Positions 1 to 10,453 of a stretch of DNA of 64,000 bases are shown piece by piece. The notes under the pieces were generated by a model. The model searched no databases. It was not told the origin of the DNA and saw only the letters and a list, made by a program, of their open reading frames with translations. The stretch comes from Candidatus Kerfeldbacteria bacterium CG15_BIG_FIL_POST_REV_8_21_14_020_45_12 (GTDB taxonomy: Bacteria > Patescibacteriota > Patescibacteriia > UBA9570 > XYC2-FULL-38-9): positions 13,589-77,588 of the forward strand of contig PFGC01000037.1 of assembly GCA_002781785.1 (NCBI GenBank), given 5' to 3'. Made by a program: the position numbers and the translations under genes. Each line of letters begins with the position of its first letter. The stretch's first letter is position 1.

Positions 1-348
1 TTGAACGGAGCAGAAATTGCCAGAACCGAAAAAGTTTCTCAGGGGCGTTTGCCATTGCATACCTTGAGAGCAAACATCGACTACAGTCGAGGTATTGCAA
101 AAACTATTTATGGTGTGATCGGAATTAAGGTTTGGGTATATTCTGGAGAAAGTTTTGGAAATGAAGAGGAAGAGGAAGTAAAACCCAAGAAGAGTCGACG
201 GCCACAGCAGAGAAAGCGTAAGAAAAGTGCCTATAAGCCAGATGCAGGGGATAAGACGGCAACAATTTTACGTAAGAAAGTTGATGTAGAGAAAGAGAAG
301 GCTGAGAAGATAGTGCCAGTTGTTCCGAGTGAAGAAACAAATTCCTGA
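1..348 (+). CDS. rpsC: 30S ribosomal protein S3 (5'-truncated by window), with charged C-terminal extension
   Basis: GAEIAR...[14 protein letters not shown]...[11 protein letters not shown] motif; precedes rplP. Confidence 0.97.
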   Translation: MNGAEIARTEKVSQGRLPLHTLRANIDYSRGIAKTIYGVIGIKVWVYSGESFGNEEEEEVKPKKSRRPQQRKRKKSAYKPDAGDKTATILRKKVDVEKEKAEKIVPVVPSEETNS

Positions 349-364
349 TAGTCACTTTTGACCT

Positions 365-784
365 ATGATGATCCCAAGAAAAGTTAAACATAGAAAGTGG
401 CATAATAAGCCGCTGACAGGAAGTCAGGTTGCTGGACGCAAGACGACCATTGCTTTTTGTGAGTACGCGCTTAAGAGTCTTGAGGCTTCTCGGATCACTG
501 CTCGTCAGTTAGAGGCTGCTCGTAGAGCCATGACTAGGTTTGTTCAGCGTGGTGGTAAGATCTGGATCCGTATTTTTCCGCAGCGTCCAGTTACTCTCAA
601 GGGTGGTGAAATTCGCATGGGTGGAGGTAAGGGTGCTGTAGATCATTATGTGGCTCACATCAAGCCAGGAACAATATTGTTTGAGATTGATGGTGTAACA
701 GAGGAGCAGGCGCGTGAAGCCATGCGTTTGGCAGCACATAAGTTACCAGTGAAGACTAAGTTTTTGAGCAAGCATACATCTTAA
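365..784 (+). CDS. rplP: 50S ribosomal protein L16
   Basis: [18 protein letters not shown] motifs; S10 operon order. Confidence 0.98.
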   Translation: MMIPRKVKHRKWHNKPLTGSQVAGRKTTIAFCEYALKSLEASRITARQLEAARRAMTRFVQRGGKIWIRIFPQRPVTLKGGEIRMGGGKGAVDHYVAHIKPGTILFEIDGVTEEQAREAMRLAAHKLPVKTKFLSKHTS

Positions 785-788
785 GCAT

Positions 789-983
789 ATGGAAACTCAC
801 GAGTTGATGAAAAAAACACCAGCAGACCTTGCCAAGATGATTGGAAGCGGTCGCGAAGAGTTGCGCCAGTTGCGATTTGAGGTGGCTAACTTGTCTCAAA
901 AAGATGTCAGACGTGTACGAAAGCTGCGCAAAGACATCGCGAGAATGCAAACTGTGCTAACTGTCTTAACCACTACTGCCTAA
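789..983 (+). CDS. rpmC: 50S ribosomal protein L29
   Basis: LRF...VRKLRKDIARMQT; between rplP and rpsQ. Confidence 0.95.
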   Translation: METHELMKKTPADLAKMIGSGREELRQLRFEVANLSQKDVRRVRKLRKDIARMQTVLTVLTTTA

Positions 984-993
984 ATTGACGATT

Positions 994-1278
994 ATGACTG
1001 ATGATAAGAAAACAACTGAGGCACGACCAAAGCTGATTCGCCGCTTTAAGGGAGTTGTGGTTTCTGACGTAAATGACCAAACTATTGTTGTGAAGGTTGA
1101 ACGTCGGTTGCGTCACAAGTTGTATGGTAAGCTGTACAGCCGATCACGGAAGTTTCATGTTCATGATCCAAAGAACCAATATGTAATAGGGGATAAGGTG
1201 GAATTCATGGCTTGCAGACCAATGAGCAAGTTAAAGCGATGGCGCGTTATTTATACAGGTGAGAAGGTAGGAGAATAA
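994..1278 (+). CDS. rpsQ: 30S ribosomal protein S17
   Basis: GVVVSD..DQTIVVKVE, CRPMSKLKRW; ATG at 994 preferred over TTG at 985. Confidence 0.97.
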   Translation: MTDDKKTTEARPKLIRRFKGVVVSDVNDQTIVVKVERRLRHKLYGKLYSRSRKFHVHDPKNQYVIGDKVEFMACRPMSKLKRWRVIYTGEKVGE

Positions 1279-1293
1279 ACTCGATATAGAACT

Positions 1294-1662
1294 ATGATCC
1301 AAGTAGAGTCAAAACTGAAAGTAGCAGACAACAGCGGCGCCCGTATGGTGAAGTGTATTAAGGTACTTAAAGGCTACAAGCGCCGGTATGCTCGTATTGG
1401 AGATGTTATAGTTGTTACTGTAAAGCTGGCTCAGCCACACGCCACTGTGAAGAAGAGTGAGGTGAAAAGAGCGGTCATTGTTCGCCAGAGAAAAGAAATG
1501 AGACGCAAGGACGGTACTTACATCAGATTTGGGGAAAATGCGTGTGTGATCATTGAGGCAAATGGTGAACCGGTAGGAACGCGTATTTTTGGACCAATCG
1601 GACGTGAGGTCAAGAATGCTGGTTATAATAAGATTGCATCATTAGCACCAGAAGTACTCTAA
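1294..1662 (+). CDS. rplN: 50S ribosomal protein L14
   Basis: [16 protein letters not shown]...GTRIFGP...SLAPEVL. Confidence 0.99.
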   Translation: MIQVESKLKVADNSGARMVKCIKVLKGYKRRYARIGDVIVVTVKLAQPHATVKKSEVKRAVIVRQRKEMRRKDGTYIRFGENACVIIEANGEPVGTRIFGPIGREVKNAGYNKIASLAPEVL

Positions 1663-1666
1663 GCGT

Positions 1667-2008
1667 ATGAAAGGAATAAAGAACACATTTAGAATAAAGG
1701 TTGGTGACAAGGTGCAAGTCATCGCTGGAGATGATAAGGGAAAAGTTGGAAAAGTCACTCAGGTCTTAGCCCAGGATGCTCTAGTAGTTGTGGAAGGGGT
1801 AAACCAGCGAGTGAAGCACTTGAAGTCTAGCCGGAAAGATGAAAAAGGACAGCGCATTGAGTTTTTTGGACCAATTCACATATCTAATGTCATGTTGGTT
1901 GATCCGGAAACTCAGAAGCCAACCCGAGTTGGAGCTGAAATTGTGAAAGGTGAAGATGGGAAAACCCGCAAGTTCCGTAAGAGTAAGAAATCTAAAGCCA
2001 CATTCTAG
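1667..2008 (+). CDS. rplX: 50S ribosomal protein L24
   Basis: KOW motif GDKVQVIAGDDKGKVG, PIHISNV. Confidence 0.97.
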   Translation: MKGIKNTFRIKVGDKVQVIAGDDKGKVGKVTQVLAQDALVVVEGVNQRVKHLKSSRKDEKGQRIEFFGPIHISNVMLVDPETQKPTRVGAEIVKGEDGKTRKFRKSKKSKATF

Positions 2009-2010
2009 GT

Positions 2011-2568
2011 ATGAATCGATTGGCAGAAAAATACAAGAAGGAGGCGGTCCCAAAGCTGATTGAGCAGTTCTCAATTGGTAATGCCATTGCTGTACCTAAG
2101 ATTACTAAAATCGTGATCAACGCCGGTTTGAGTAAATCTATTCAAGATAGTGCGTATACTGACGCTGCGGTTGATGTGTTAACTCGAATTACCGGTCAAG
2201 CGCCGATCAAGACGCTGGCCCGTAAGTCGATTAGTAACTTTAAGATCAGGCAGGGTATGGTAGTTGGAGCTAAGGTAACTTTACGTGGAGAGCGAATGTG
2301 GGCATTCCTTGATAAGATGATCAATGTTACGCTCCCTCGAGTTAGAGATTTCCGTGGTCTTTCTCAAAAGGCCTTTGATGGACAGGGGAATTACTCAATC
2401 GGATTTAGAGAGCACAATGTGTTCCCTGAGATATCGACGGATGATGTTGAAAAGATTGTTGGTTTGGAAGCGAATATTGTTACAACGGCTGAAACAGATG
2501 AGCAAGCTAAGGCACTGTTGACGGCGTTGGGGTTCCCATTTGAAAAGATTGAAGACAAGAAGAAGTAG
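2011..2568 (+). CDS. rplE: 50S ribosomal protein L5
   Basis: ITGQAP, KVTLRGERM, LPRVRDFRG, FDGQGNYSIG. Confidence 0.98.
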   Translation: MNRLAEKYKKEAVPKLIEQFSIGNAIAVPKITKIVINAGLSKSIQDSAYTDAAVDVLTRITGQAPIKTLARKSISNFKIRQGMVVGAKVTLRGERMWAFLDKMINVTLPRVRDFRGLSQKAFDGQGNYSIGFREHNVFPEISTDDVEKIVGLEANIVTTAETDEQAKALLTALGFPFEKIEDKKK

Positions 2569-2574
2569 ATATAT

Positions 2575-2769
2575 ATGGCAAAGAAATCACAGATAATCAA
2601 ATCACAACGATCACGTCGGAACGCCAAGTTCTCGACACGTATTGTTCGTCGTTGCTGGAAGTGCGGTCGAGATAAGGGATACATGAGAGATTTCGACCTC
2701 TGCCGTATCTGCTTCCGCGAGCTCGCGGCTAAGGGAGCGATTCCGGGAATAAAGAAATCAAGTTGGTAA
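2575..2769 (+). CDS. rpsN: 30S ribosomal protein S14, short zinc-binding (type Z) form
   Basis: CWKCGR...[10 protein letters not shown]...IPGIKKSSW. Confidence 0.97.
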   Translation: MAKKSQIIKSQRSRRNAKFSTRIVRRCWKCGRDKGYMRDFDLCRICFRELAAKGAIPGIKKSSW

Positions 2770-2778
2770 CCCCAGGCT

Positions 2779-3174
2779 ATGACAGATCCAATTGCAGACA
2801 TGTTAACACGCATCAGAAACGCCCAGGCCGCGAAGAAGCCTGAGGTATTGATGCCTTACTCAAAACTAAAGCACACGTTGGCTGATATTTTAGCAACCGA
2901 AGGTTTTATTTCCTCGGTATCAGTGGACGACGGTGAAGGTAGTGTAAAGAAAATGCTTACACTAGGCCTAAAATATAGTGGAGGAAAGCCAGTTATTCGT
3001 CGAATCGATAGAATTTCGACTCCTGGACGTCGAGTTTATGTAGGCGTGAAGAAGCTGCCGTATGTTTTCGATAACTTGGGCATTGCTATCATTTCTACCT
3101 CAAAAGGTTTAATGAGCAATAAGCAAGCACGTAAAGAGCGCATGGGCGGTGAAGTAATTTGTGAAGTGTTCTAA
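2779..3174 (+). CDS. rpsH: 30S ribosomal protein S8
   Basis: MTDPIADMLTRIRNA, ISTPGRRVY, GGEVIC. Confidence 0.99.
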   Translation: MTDPIADMLTRIRNAQAAKKPEVLMPYSKLKHTLADILATEGFISSVSVDDGEGSVKKMLTLGLKYSGGKPVIRRIDRISTPGRRVYVGVKKLPYVFDNLGIAIISTSKGLMSNKQARKERMGGEVICEVF

Positions 3175-3179
3175 TCTCT

Positions 3180-3725
3180 ATGTCACGTATTGGAAAACAA
3201 CCTATTGCTATCCCAGATAAAGTTACCGTTGAGGTAAAAGGTGGATTGATTGTAGTTAAAGGACCGAAGGGCGAACTATCTGAGTCGGTTCATTCATGCA
3301 CAACCGTAACGATTACTGAGGCTGGAGTTGAGGTCGCCATTGCTGATCTAAGCGAAAAGTCACAACGATCGATGTGGGGAACTATGGCTGCCTTAATTAG
3401 AAATATGATTATTGGTGTCACAGATGGTTTTACCCGTAAACTAGAGATTAATGGAGTTGGATATGGTTGGCAGGTATCAGGAAAGAAGCTGACGGTAAAG
3501 GCCGGCTATTCACACCCAATTGATGTTACATTGCCAGAGGGAATTGATGCTTCTGCAGAAGGAAACGTACTGACAATTTCTGGAATCAACAAGCAGTTAG
3601 TTGGTGAGGTAGCGGCAAATATTAGAAAAATTCGCACCCCAGAACCATATAAGGGTTCTGGAATTAAGTATGATGATGAACAGATCCGTCGCAAGGCTGG
3701 CAAGCAGGCTGGCGGTGACGCATAA
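3180..3725 (+). CDS. rplF: 50S ribosomal protein L6
   Basis: [24 protein letters not shown]. Confidence 0.99.
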   Translation: MSRIGKQPIAIPDKVTVEVKGGLIVVKGPKGELSESVHSCTTVTITEAGVEVAIADLSEKSQRSMWGTMAALIRNMIIGVTDGFTRKLEINGVGYGWQVSGKKLTVKAGYSHPIDVTLPEGIDASAEGNVLTISGINKQLVGEVAANIRKIRTPEPYKGSGIKYDDEQIRRKAGKQAGGDA

Positions 3726-3733
3726 GGAAGACT

Positions 3734-4081
3734 ATGAGTATTGCACAAAAAAAACGAATGTCTCGAGGTCGACGCGCTCATCGAACGCGATCGCGATTCC
3801 ATGGTACAGCAGAGCGACCTCGCCTGTCTGTATTCCGATCTAACTTGCATATTTCTGCACAAGTTATTGATGATGTGTCCGGTGTAACCGTGGCGCAAGC
3901 TGATGACCGTGATTTAACTGGAACCAAGCGAGAAATTGCTCTAGCTGTTGGAAAGAGAATAGCTGAGGTGGCTAAAGCCAAGGGGATTGAAAGCATCGTC
4001 TTTGATCGCGGTGGTTATTTATATCATGGACGAGTCAAGGCATTAGCCGATGGAGCTCGTGAAGGCGGTTTGAAATTTTAA
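3734..4081 (+). CDS. rplR: 50S ribosomal protein L18
   Basis: [31 protein letters not shown]. Confidence 0.98.
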   Translation: MSIAQKKRMSRGRRAHRTRSRFHGTAERPRLSVFRSNLHISAQVIDDVSGVTVAQADDRDLTGTKREIALAVGKRIAEVAKAKGIESIVFDRGGYLYHGRVKALADGAREGGLKF

Positions 4082-4089
4082 GCACGATT

Positions 4090-4755
4090 ATGGCAGATAA
4101 CACGGAAGAAAAAAAAGTGACAACACCAGCGGAGAGCAAGAAGACTGTTGCCGCACCAGCAGCCAAGGCTGTTCAGGCTACCCCACGAAGTGGTGGAGGT
4201 AATAATAGAGGTGGTGGTCGCAATAATAGCAGCAACGATGGTGGAGATCGCGGAAATCGCAAACGCGGTGGACGCCGTAGACGAACTGATAAGCCGCAGG
4301 AGGAATTCGAATCCAAGATAGTTGATTTGGCTCGTGTTACTCGTGTGATGGCTGGAGGTAAACGAATGAGCTTTAGGGCTTGCGTCATCATCGGAGACAA
4401 AAAAGGACGTGTAGCCATGGGCGTAAAAAAAGGAGCTGATGTTCAATTAGCAGTTCAGAAGGCAACTGATTATGCAAAGAAGCACTTGATTCATGTTCCG
4501 ATTGTTGCTGGCACTATCCCCCATACTATCGAAAGTAAATTTAAGGGAGCTAAGGTACTAATCAAACCAGCCAAGGCTGGTACTGGAATTATTGCCGGTG
4601 GTCCAATGCGTGTAGCTCTTGAAATGGCTGGAGTGCATAATGCAGTTGCTAAAATGAAGGGTTCAAATAATAAGATCAACAATCTCACCGCAGTATTGAA
4701 TGCCCTTGATGAATTGCGAACCGCAGAAGAGATTTCCAAGTTAACAAAGAACTAG
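4090..4755 (+). CDS. rpsE: 30S ribosomal protein S5 with long G/R/N-rich N-terminal extension
   Basis: RVTRVMAGGKRMSF, PAKAGTGIIAGG. Confidence 0.98.
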   Translation: MADNTEEKKVTTPAESKKTVAAPAAKAVQATPRSGGGNNRGGGRNNSSNDGGDRGNRKRGGRRRRTDKPQEEFESKIVDLARVTRVMAGGKRMSFRACVIIGDKKGRVAMGVKKGADVQLAVQKATDYAKKHLIHVPIVAGTIPHTIESKFKGAKVLIKPAKAGTGIIAGGPMRVALEMAGVHNAVAKMKGSNNKINNLTAVLNALDELRTAEEISKLTKN

Positions 4756-4756
4756 T

Positions 4757-5266
4757 ATGTTGTCCGCATCACAACTTCCAAAAACACCAGGGCGAAAGAA
4801 AAAACGTGTTGGTCGTGGAGATTCAAGTAGTGGAAACTACTCTGGTCGCGGTATGAAGGGGCAGAGATCCCGTTCTGGCGGTAAGGGTGGTTTGAAATTG
4901 CGTGGTTTGAAGCAAAGCATGATGGCGGCTCCAAAGAAAAAAGGTTTTAGCCCTCGTTATCCCGCTTCTCAAATTGTTAATCTTACAGAGCTCGATAAGC
5001 ACTTTACAGCTGGCGCTGAAGTAAACGCTGCTGTATTGTATGAGAAGGATTTGGTTGTTAGTCCGTTTAAGGCGATCAAAATTCTTGGTGATGGAAAGTT
5101 GACAAAGAAGCTGTCAATTAAAGTACAAGCAGCATCTAAGAGTGCTCAAGAGGCTATTACTGCTGCTGGAGGAGAGTTCGAGGCTATTCCACTGCCTGGA
5201 CGACAAAAGAAAACACTGTCAGATAAAGCCAAGGTAAAAGCCAAAGCGAAGCCATCGGCTTCATAG
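4757..5266 (+). CDS. rplO: 50S ribosomal protein L15
   Basis: KRVGRG..SG..SGRGMKGQRSRSG, IKILGDG; starts 1 nt after the rpsE stop (no L30 gene). Confidence 0.97.
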   Translation: MLSASQLPKTPGRKKKRVGRGDSSSGNYSGRGMKGQRSRSGGKGGLKLRGLKQSMMAAPKKKGFSPRYPASQIVNLTELDKHFTAGAEVNAAVLYEKDLVVSPFKAIKILGDGKLTKKLSIKVQAASKSAQEAITAAGGEFEAIPLPGRQKKTLSDKAKVKAKAKPSAS

Positions 5267-5296
5267 AGTTACGTTCATCAATTAGGGGGGAGCTCC

Positions 5297-6571
5297 ATGC
5301 TTGATAAACTCAAACAAATTTGGAAGTCTAAGGATCTGCGCTCAAAGATGCTGTTCGTTGGTTTTATGATGGTTATTTTCCGAGTAGCGGCACACATTCC
5401 GATTCCGGGAGTAAACGCAGGTGCTCTCCAGACTCTATTTGCTCAAAATCAAGTATTAGGACTCTTCAATGTATTTTCTGGTGGTGCTCTGGAGAATTTT
5501 TCAATTGTCATGCTTGGCGTTGGGCCGTATATTACAGCTTCGATTATCTTTCAGTTGCTTCAGCTAGTCGTTCCGAAAATTGAAGATCTAGCGAAGGAAG
5601 GTGGATCGGGACAAAATAAAATCAATACCTATACACGTTATCTAACAGTGCCCCTGGCAGTTCTACAGGGCTACGGAACTATAACCTTGTTACAAAGCGC
5701 TTCTGGAGCTTCAATTCTTGATTCAAATTTTACGATATTAAACTGGATTGTGGCTTTGACAGTAGTGACTGCTGGTTCGATATTTTTAATGTGGATTGGT
5801 GAGTTGATTACCGAAAAAAATATAGGAAACGGTGTTTCGCTACTAATCTTTGCTGGTATAATCGCGGGAATGCCATCTAGTTTGCAAAACGTTTTTGTAA
5901 ATTTTGATGCCTCTCAACTGCCTCAATTACTTGGATTTGCCGTTATTGCACTACTGACAATCATTGGTGTTGTATTTATTACTGAAGGACAACGTAATAT
6001 TCCCATCTCTCACGCGCGCCACCATTCTGCTGAGGGTCAGAAGAGTTATCTGCCGATTCGCGTAAATCAAGCTGGTGTTATTCCTATTATCTTTGCGGTT
6101 TCTTTAGTCCTGGCTCCAGGCTTTATAGGTCAATTTGCTATTCAGAGTGGCGTGGTCTGGTTGGTAGGTCCTGGTCAGTGGTTAGTTGATACTTTTAATA
6201 ATCAAATTGTTTACGGTGCCGCTTACTTCTTACTAGTCTTCATTTTTACATATTTCTACACGGCGGTTATCTTTCATCCTGATCGAATTGCCGAGAATCT
6301 TCAGCGTGGAGGTAGTTTTGTTCCAGGAGTTCGTCCAGGCACGGATACACAGATGTATTTAAAGCAGGTATCAAATAGAATTTTGTTGGCCGGCGCGCTG
6401 TTTTTGGGAGCAATTGCAGTCTTGCCTTTAGTCTTGCAAGCGGCTGTATCAGGTTCATTGCAAAACCTAGCAATTGGAGGCACTAGTTTGTTGATTATTG
6501 TATCTGTAGCCATTGAAACGGTAAAACAAGTTGAAGCTCAACTCTTGTTACGTGATTACGACAAGTTTTGA
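5297..6571 (+). CDS. secY: Preprotein translocase subunit SecY
   Basis: GVGPYITASII, IGNGVSLLIFAGI, AGVIPIIFA, PGVRPG, GGTSLLI. Confidence 0.99.
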   Translation: MLDKLKQIWKSKDLRSKMLFVGFMMVIFRVAAHIPIPGVNAGALQTLFAQNQVLGLFNVFSGGALENFSIVMLGVGPYITASIIFQLLQLVVPKIEDLAKEGGSGQNKINTYTRYLTVPLAVLQGYGTITLLQSASGASILDSNFTILNWIVALTVVTAGSIFLMWIGELITEKNIGNGVSLLIFAGIIAGMPSSLQNVFVNFDASQLPQLLGFAVIALLTIIGVVFITEGQRNIPISHARHHSAEGQKSYLPIRVNQAGVIPIIFAVSLVLAPGFIGQFAIQSGVVWLVGPGQWLVDTFNNQIVYGAAYFLLVFIFTYFYTAVIFHPDRIAENLQRGGSFVPGVRPGTDTQMYLKQVSNRILLAGALFLGAIAVLPLVLQAAVSGSLQNLAIGGTSLLIIVSVAIETVKQVEAQLLLRDYDKF

Positions 6572-6585
6572 TAACATCTTCAGCC

Positions 6586-7236
6586 ATGGTTGACGAAACA
6601 ACACCGAAAAAAATTTGTTTGTTTGGCCCTCAGGGTTCTGGAAAAGGAACACAGGCTGAGCGATTGGTAGGTCTATTTGGTGTTCCGCATGTATCACCTG
6701 GTAATATTTTTAGACAGGCAGTTGCCGAGGGCTCTGAACTGGGTTTGAAAGTAGAGAGTATAATTAATTCGGGTTCATTAGTGCCTGACGAAGTTACCAA
6801 TCAGTTGGTCAAGGAGAGGCTTGAACTGGAAGACTGTTTGGATGGTTTTGTACTAGACGGGTATCCTCGAAACGAAGTTCAGGCAGTTGCTTTAGATGAG
6901 GTGTCTACATTGACTCATGTAATTGTTATAGAAATTCCTGATGAGGAGTCTATTTCTAGGATTTCTATGCGTCGAACTTGCAGTAATTGTGGCATGACAT
7001 ATCACTTGCAATCAAAGCCTTCTAAGGTAGAGGGTGTTTGTGATAGTTGTGGATCCGAATTGGTTCAGCGCGATGATGATAAGCCGGAGGCTATCAGGCA
7101 TAGACTTAATATCTATCACCAGGAAACTGAGCCGTTGATCAAAAGATACGAAGATCGTGGAGTGCTTCATAGAATTGATGGGCGCGGCTCAATTGATGCT
7201 GTTTGGGAAAGAGTGCAAAGCTGCTTTTTTTCATAA
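6586..7236 (+). CDS. adk: Adenylate kinase with zinc-lid
   Basis: GPQGSGKGTQA P-loop, LDGYPR, CSNC/CDSC lid, QRDDD. Confidence 0.96.
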   Translation: MVDETTPKKICLFGPQGSGKGTQAERLVGLFGVPHVSPGNIFRQAVAEGSELGLKVESIINSGSLVPDEVTNQLVKERLELEDCLDGFVLDGYPRNEVQAVALDEVSTLTHVIVIEIPDEESISRISMRRTCSNCGMTYHLQSKPSKVEGVCDSCGSELVQRDDDKPEAIRHRLNIYHQETEPLIKRYEDRGVLHRIDGRGSIDAVWERVQSCFFS

Positions 7237-7238
7237 AC

Positions 7239-7988
7239 ATGAGCTTAATTAAGACACCTGATGAGATTTTGATCCTGGTTGAGAGTGGGCGAATTTTGGC
7301 TGAGTCGGTGACTAAGGTGTTAAGTGTAGTAGAGTCAGGAGTAACTACTTCTGATCTTGATGATTTTTTTGTAGAGACAATTAGAAAGCTTGGTGCAAAG
7401 CCAGCATTTCTAGGATATAAGGGATACACCAAAACAATTTGCACATCGGTTAATGACCAAGTTGTTCACGCTATTCCTGGTAAAGTTACTTTGGCAGATG
7501 GTGATATTATTGGTGTAGATTGCGGAGTTGTTTTCGAGGGCATGTACACTGACATGGCCCGCACGGTGGCGGTTGGTAGCATCACTGACGAAGCACGTCG
7601 TTTGATTGAGGTTACTAAAGAGGCTCTGCAAGCAGGTATTCAGCAAATGATTGTTGGCAACACCGTGGGAGATATTAGCGCTGCTGTTCAGGCGGTAGGG
7701 GATCGTGAGAAACTTGGAATTGTACGCGATCTTGTAGGACATGGTGTGGGTCACGCCGTGCATGAGGAGCCAGCGGTCCCAAACTATGGAAGAGCTGGAA
7801 CTGGCCTACGTTTAGAGGTTGGAATGGTTTTAGCAGTTGAGCCAATGTTTACATTAGGCGGTGACGATGTCATCTTTGAAAAAGACGGATGGACTGTGAC
7901 AACAGCCGATGGTACACTGTCCGCACATTTCGAGGACACCATAGTCGTAACTGAAGCAGGTCCTCACATTGTAACCAAAACAGCATAA
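7239..7988 (+). CDS. map: Methionine aminopeptidase type I
   Basis: SVNDQVVHAIP, GHGVG..VHEEP, AVEPM, SAHFEDT. Confidence 0.97.
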   Translation: MSLIKTPDEILILVESGRILAESVTKVLSVVESGVTTSDLDDFFVETIRKLGAKPAFLGYKGYTKTICTSVNDQVVHAIPGKVTLADGDIIGVDCGVVFEGMYTDMARTVAVGSITDEARRLIEVTKEALQAGIQQMIVGNTVGDISAAVQAVGDREKLGIVRDLVGHGVGHAVHEEPAVPNYGRAGTGLRLEVGMVLAVEPMFTLGGDDVIFEKDGWTVTTADGTLSAHFEDTIVVTEAGPHIVTKTA

Positions 7989-8392
7989 TGAAATACCTAG
8001 GAATGGATTATGGAACTAAGCGCACTGGCCTGTCTATTTCAGACGTGTCTGGGCGCGTTGCTGTTCTCAAGGAAACTATCGAGGAAGATAGTCAGGACAA
8101 GGTGATTGAAAGAATAAAAGAGATAGTAATTGATGATGATGTTGAGGCCGTAGTCATAGGATTGCCGGTGAACATGAATGGAGAGTCAACTGCGATGACG
8201 GAACAAGTTGAGCGATTTATTGAAAAATTGCGAAATCATTTGACGGTTCCTGTGCAAACAGCTGATGAGAGATTGACGACAGAGATGGCAAAAAAATTAC
8301 TTAGAGGGGTTAAAAAAGAAGAAAGAGATCAGGTGGCAGCGCAAATTCTTTTGCAGAATTTTCTTGACGAACAGAACGCATTAACAGAGTAG
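7988..8392 (+). CDS. ruvX: YqgF/RuvX family nuclease (pre-16S rRNA processing)
   Basis: LGMDYGTKRTGLSISD, VIGLP, DERLTT, DQVAAQILLQ. Confidence 0.93.
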   Translation: MKYLGMDYGTKRTGLSISDVSGRVAVLKETIEEDSQDKVIERIKEIVIDDDVEAVVIGLPVNMNGESTAMTEQVERFIEKLRNHLTVPVQTADERLTTEMAKKLLRGVKKEERDQVAAQILLQNFLDEQNALTE

Positions 8393-8395
8393 ACC

Positions 8396-9478
8396 ATGCA
8401 GCAATTGCCGACCATGTTGGTGGTGAGTGGGTTGACGCTGCTGACGTCAATTGTCGCGACAATATTTGTTAGAGCAATGGCGAAGCGTTTTGATATTTTG
8501 GATAAGCCAGAGGAGGATCGAAAAAAACACCAATATCCAACGCCGCTATTAGGTGGTGTCGCGGTTATTTTTGCAGTAGCAGTAGGTCTAGTTTTCGCCT
8601 GGAGTTCTTTGATTGGAGGTTATCTATTGCCAAAGCATCTGGTAGGGTTTTTGGCGGCGGCTATGGTTTTGCTGGTTGGAGGCGTGCTAGATGATAGGTT
8701 AAATTTATCGCCGAAGAGACAAATTATTTTTCCAGTTTGTGCAGCGCTGATTGTTATGGCGTCAGGAATTGGCATCGATTACATATCAAATCCACTGGGT
8801 GGAGTATTTCGTTTTGATAGTTGGCAGCTGGAGATATTCCGATTTAATGGATTGCCTTATTTCATTACTGTTTGGGCAGATTTATTCACCTTTTTTTGGT
8901 TGTTAGGGATGATCTATACAACTAAGTTTTTGGATGGTTTGGATGGACTGACTTCCGGAGTTACTGTAATTGGCTCGCTTATTATAGCGGCCTTGTCTTT
9001 AACTGCGACGGTTTTTCAACCAGAAACCGCACTTTTGTCTTTAATTGTGGCAGCAGCGTTTTTAGGATTTTTAATATTTAATTGGAATCCTGCGTCAATT
9101 TTTTTGGGAGAGTCTGGTTCACTCTTTGCGGGCTTTTCGCTTGGCGTATTGGCAATTATTTCTGGAGGAAAAATTGCGACAGCATTACTGATTTTAGGAA
9201 TTCCAATTTTGGATGTAGCTTGGGTTATATTGCGTCGGTTGTTTTATCGTCGGTCACCGTTTTCTGCTGATCGAGGACACTTGCATTTGCGTTTGGTAGA
9301 CAGCGGCCTGTCAGTCAGGGTTGTGGTGATAGTACTATACGTTTTAACAATACTATTTGGCCTTAGTTCATTATTTTTGCAGTCACGGGCAAAAGTGTTA
9401 GCTTTGGTATTTTTGGGAGTTACGGTATTTTTTGTGGGCGGTGTCTTAATTCATTTTATAAGGAAGCGCGTTTCATGA
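8396..9478 (+). CDS. Glycosyltransferase family 4 (WecA/TagO/MraY-like undecaprenyl-phosphate sugar-1-P transferase)
   Basis: PLLGG, GVLDD, DGLDGL, FNWNPASIFLGESG, DRGHLH; many TM segments. Confidence 0.88.
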   Translation: MQQLPTMLVVSGLTLLTSIVATIFVRAMAKRFDILDKPEEDRKKHQYPTPLLGGVAVIFAVAVGLVFAWSSLIGGYLLPKHLVGFLAAAMVLLVGGVLDDRLNLSPKRQIIFPVCAALIVMASGIGIDYISNPLGGVFRFDSWQLEIFRFNGLPYFITVWADLFTFFWLLGMIYTTKFLDGLDGLTSGVTVIGSLIIAALSLTATVFQPETALLSLIVAAAFLGFLIFNWNPASIFLGESGSLFAGFSLGVLAIISGGKIATALLILGIPILDVAWVILRRLFYRRSPFSADRGHLHLRLVDSGLSVRVVVIVLYVLTILFGLSSLFLQSRAKVLALVFLGVTVFFVGGVLIHFIRKRVS

Positions 9479-9936
9479 AACGTTTTTTGGTAATTGGAGT
9501 TATATTGTTAGTTCTAGGCATCGCGCTGCTTGTTTTTTTACAACAGTTTTATGTGGGTAAAAAAATGGCTAATGTGACTATTGGTGGTAGGTCATTTAGC
9601 CTTGAGGTAGCAGATACAGCTATAGAGCGATCAAGAGGATTACAGGGTAGAGCAGAGTTGGCCGATGGGAATGGAATGTTGTTTATTTTTAGTGAACCAG
9701 TGTCAGCTGATTTTTGGATGAAAGATACATTAATTCCACTTGATCTTATTTGGATTGCAGACGGCAAGGTTGCTGGAATTACTCCAGACGTGCAGCCGCA
9801 GCCGGGAGTGGGTGATGCTGAGCTTGAATTGTATAAGTCACCTGGGTTAGTGACGCAAGTGATTGAACTTAGTGCCGGGTCAGTAATGGACTTGGGGATA
9901 AAGGTAGGAGACCAGGTTTTGGTTGAGCTTCAATAA
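9475..9936 (+). CDS. DUF192 family membrane-anchored protein
   Basis: EVADT..ERSRGL, GMLFIF, FWMKDTLIPLDLIWI, VIEL.AG. Confidence 0.9.
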   Translation: MKRFLVIGVILLVLGIALLVFLQQFYVGKKMANVTIGGRSFSLEVADTAIERSRGLQGRAELADGNGMLFIFSEPVSADFWMKDTLIPLDLIWIADGKVAGITPDVQPQPGVGDAELELYKSPGLVTQVIELSAGSVMDLGIKVGDQVLVELQ

Positions 9937-10019
9937 TATAGCTAATATTCGCGCATTCTTGACACTAATCGACGGTGCAGCTATACTGTGGTTCGCGTCT
10001 ATTATTGAATGTGACATAC

Positions 10020-10337
10020 ATGATCGCTGTTATTTCAACCGGTGGAAAGCAATACAAAGTTTCTGAGGGAGGCACCCTGAAAATCGAAAAACTTGAGGTA
10101 GAAGAAGGAAAGAATATTTCTTTTGATGAAGTTTTGTTGGTTTCAAAACCTGACGGTTCTGATGTAAAGCTTGGCACGCCAACGCTTGAGGGAGCCAAGG
10201 TCACGGCTAAAGTTTTGAAACAAGCCCGCGCCAAAAAAATCGAGGTTAGTAAGTTCAAGGCCAAGAGTCGTTACTCAAAAACTTACGGACACAGACAGCC
10301 ATATACTGAGGTAGAGATTACCAAAATTGCTGTTTAG
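10020..10337 (+). CDS. rplU: 50S ribosomal protein L21 (stand-alone)
   Basis: AVISTGGKQYKVSEG, GHRQPYTEVEI. Confidence 0.97.
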   Translation: MIAVISTGGKQYKVSEGGTLKIEKLEVEEGKNISFDEVLLVSKPDGSDVKLGTPTLEGAKVTAKVLKQARAKKIEVSKFKAKSRYSKTYGHRQPYTEVEITKIAV

Positions 10338-10348
10338 AAATCAGGATA

Positions 10349-10380
10349 CAAAAAAACTCCCGCTTAGACGGGAGTTTTTG
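10349..10380. terminator. Bidirectional intrinsic terminator between rplU and recR
   Basis: aaaaactcccg-cttaga-cgggagttttt. Confidence 0.8.
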
Positions 10381-10453
10381 TTTACAAATTATTTTTTTGA
10401 TATATAGCGTTGTGGCTAATATCCATAACTTATAATGAATTCCAATATATTTG

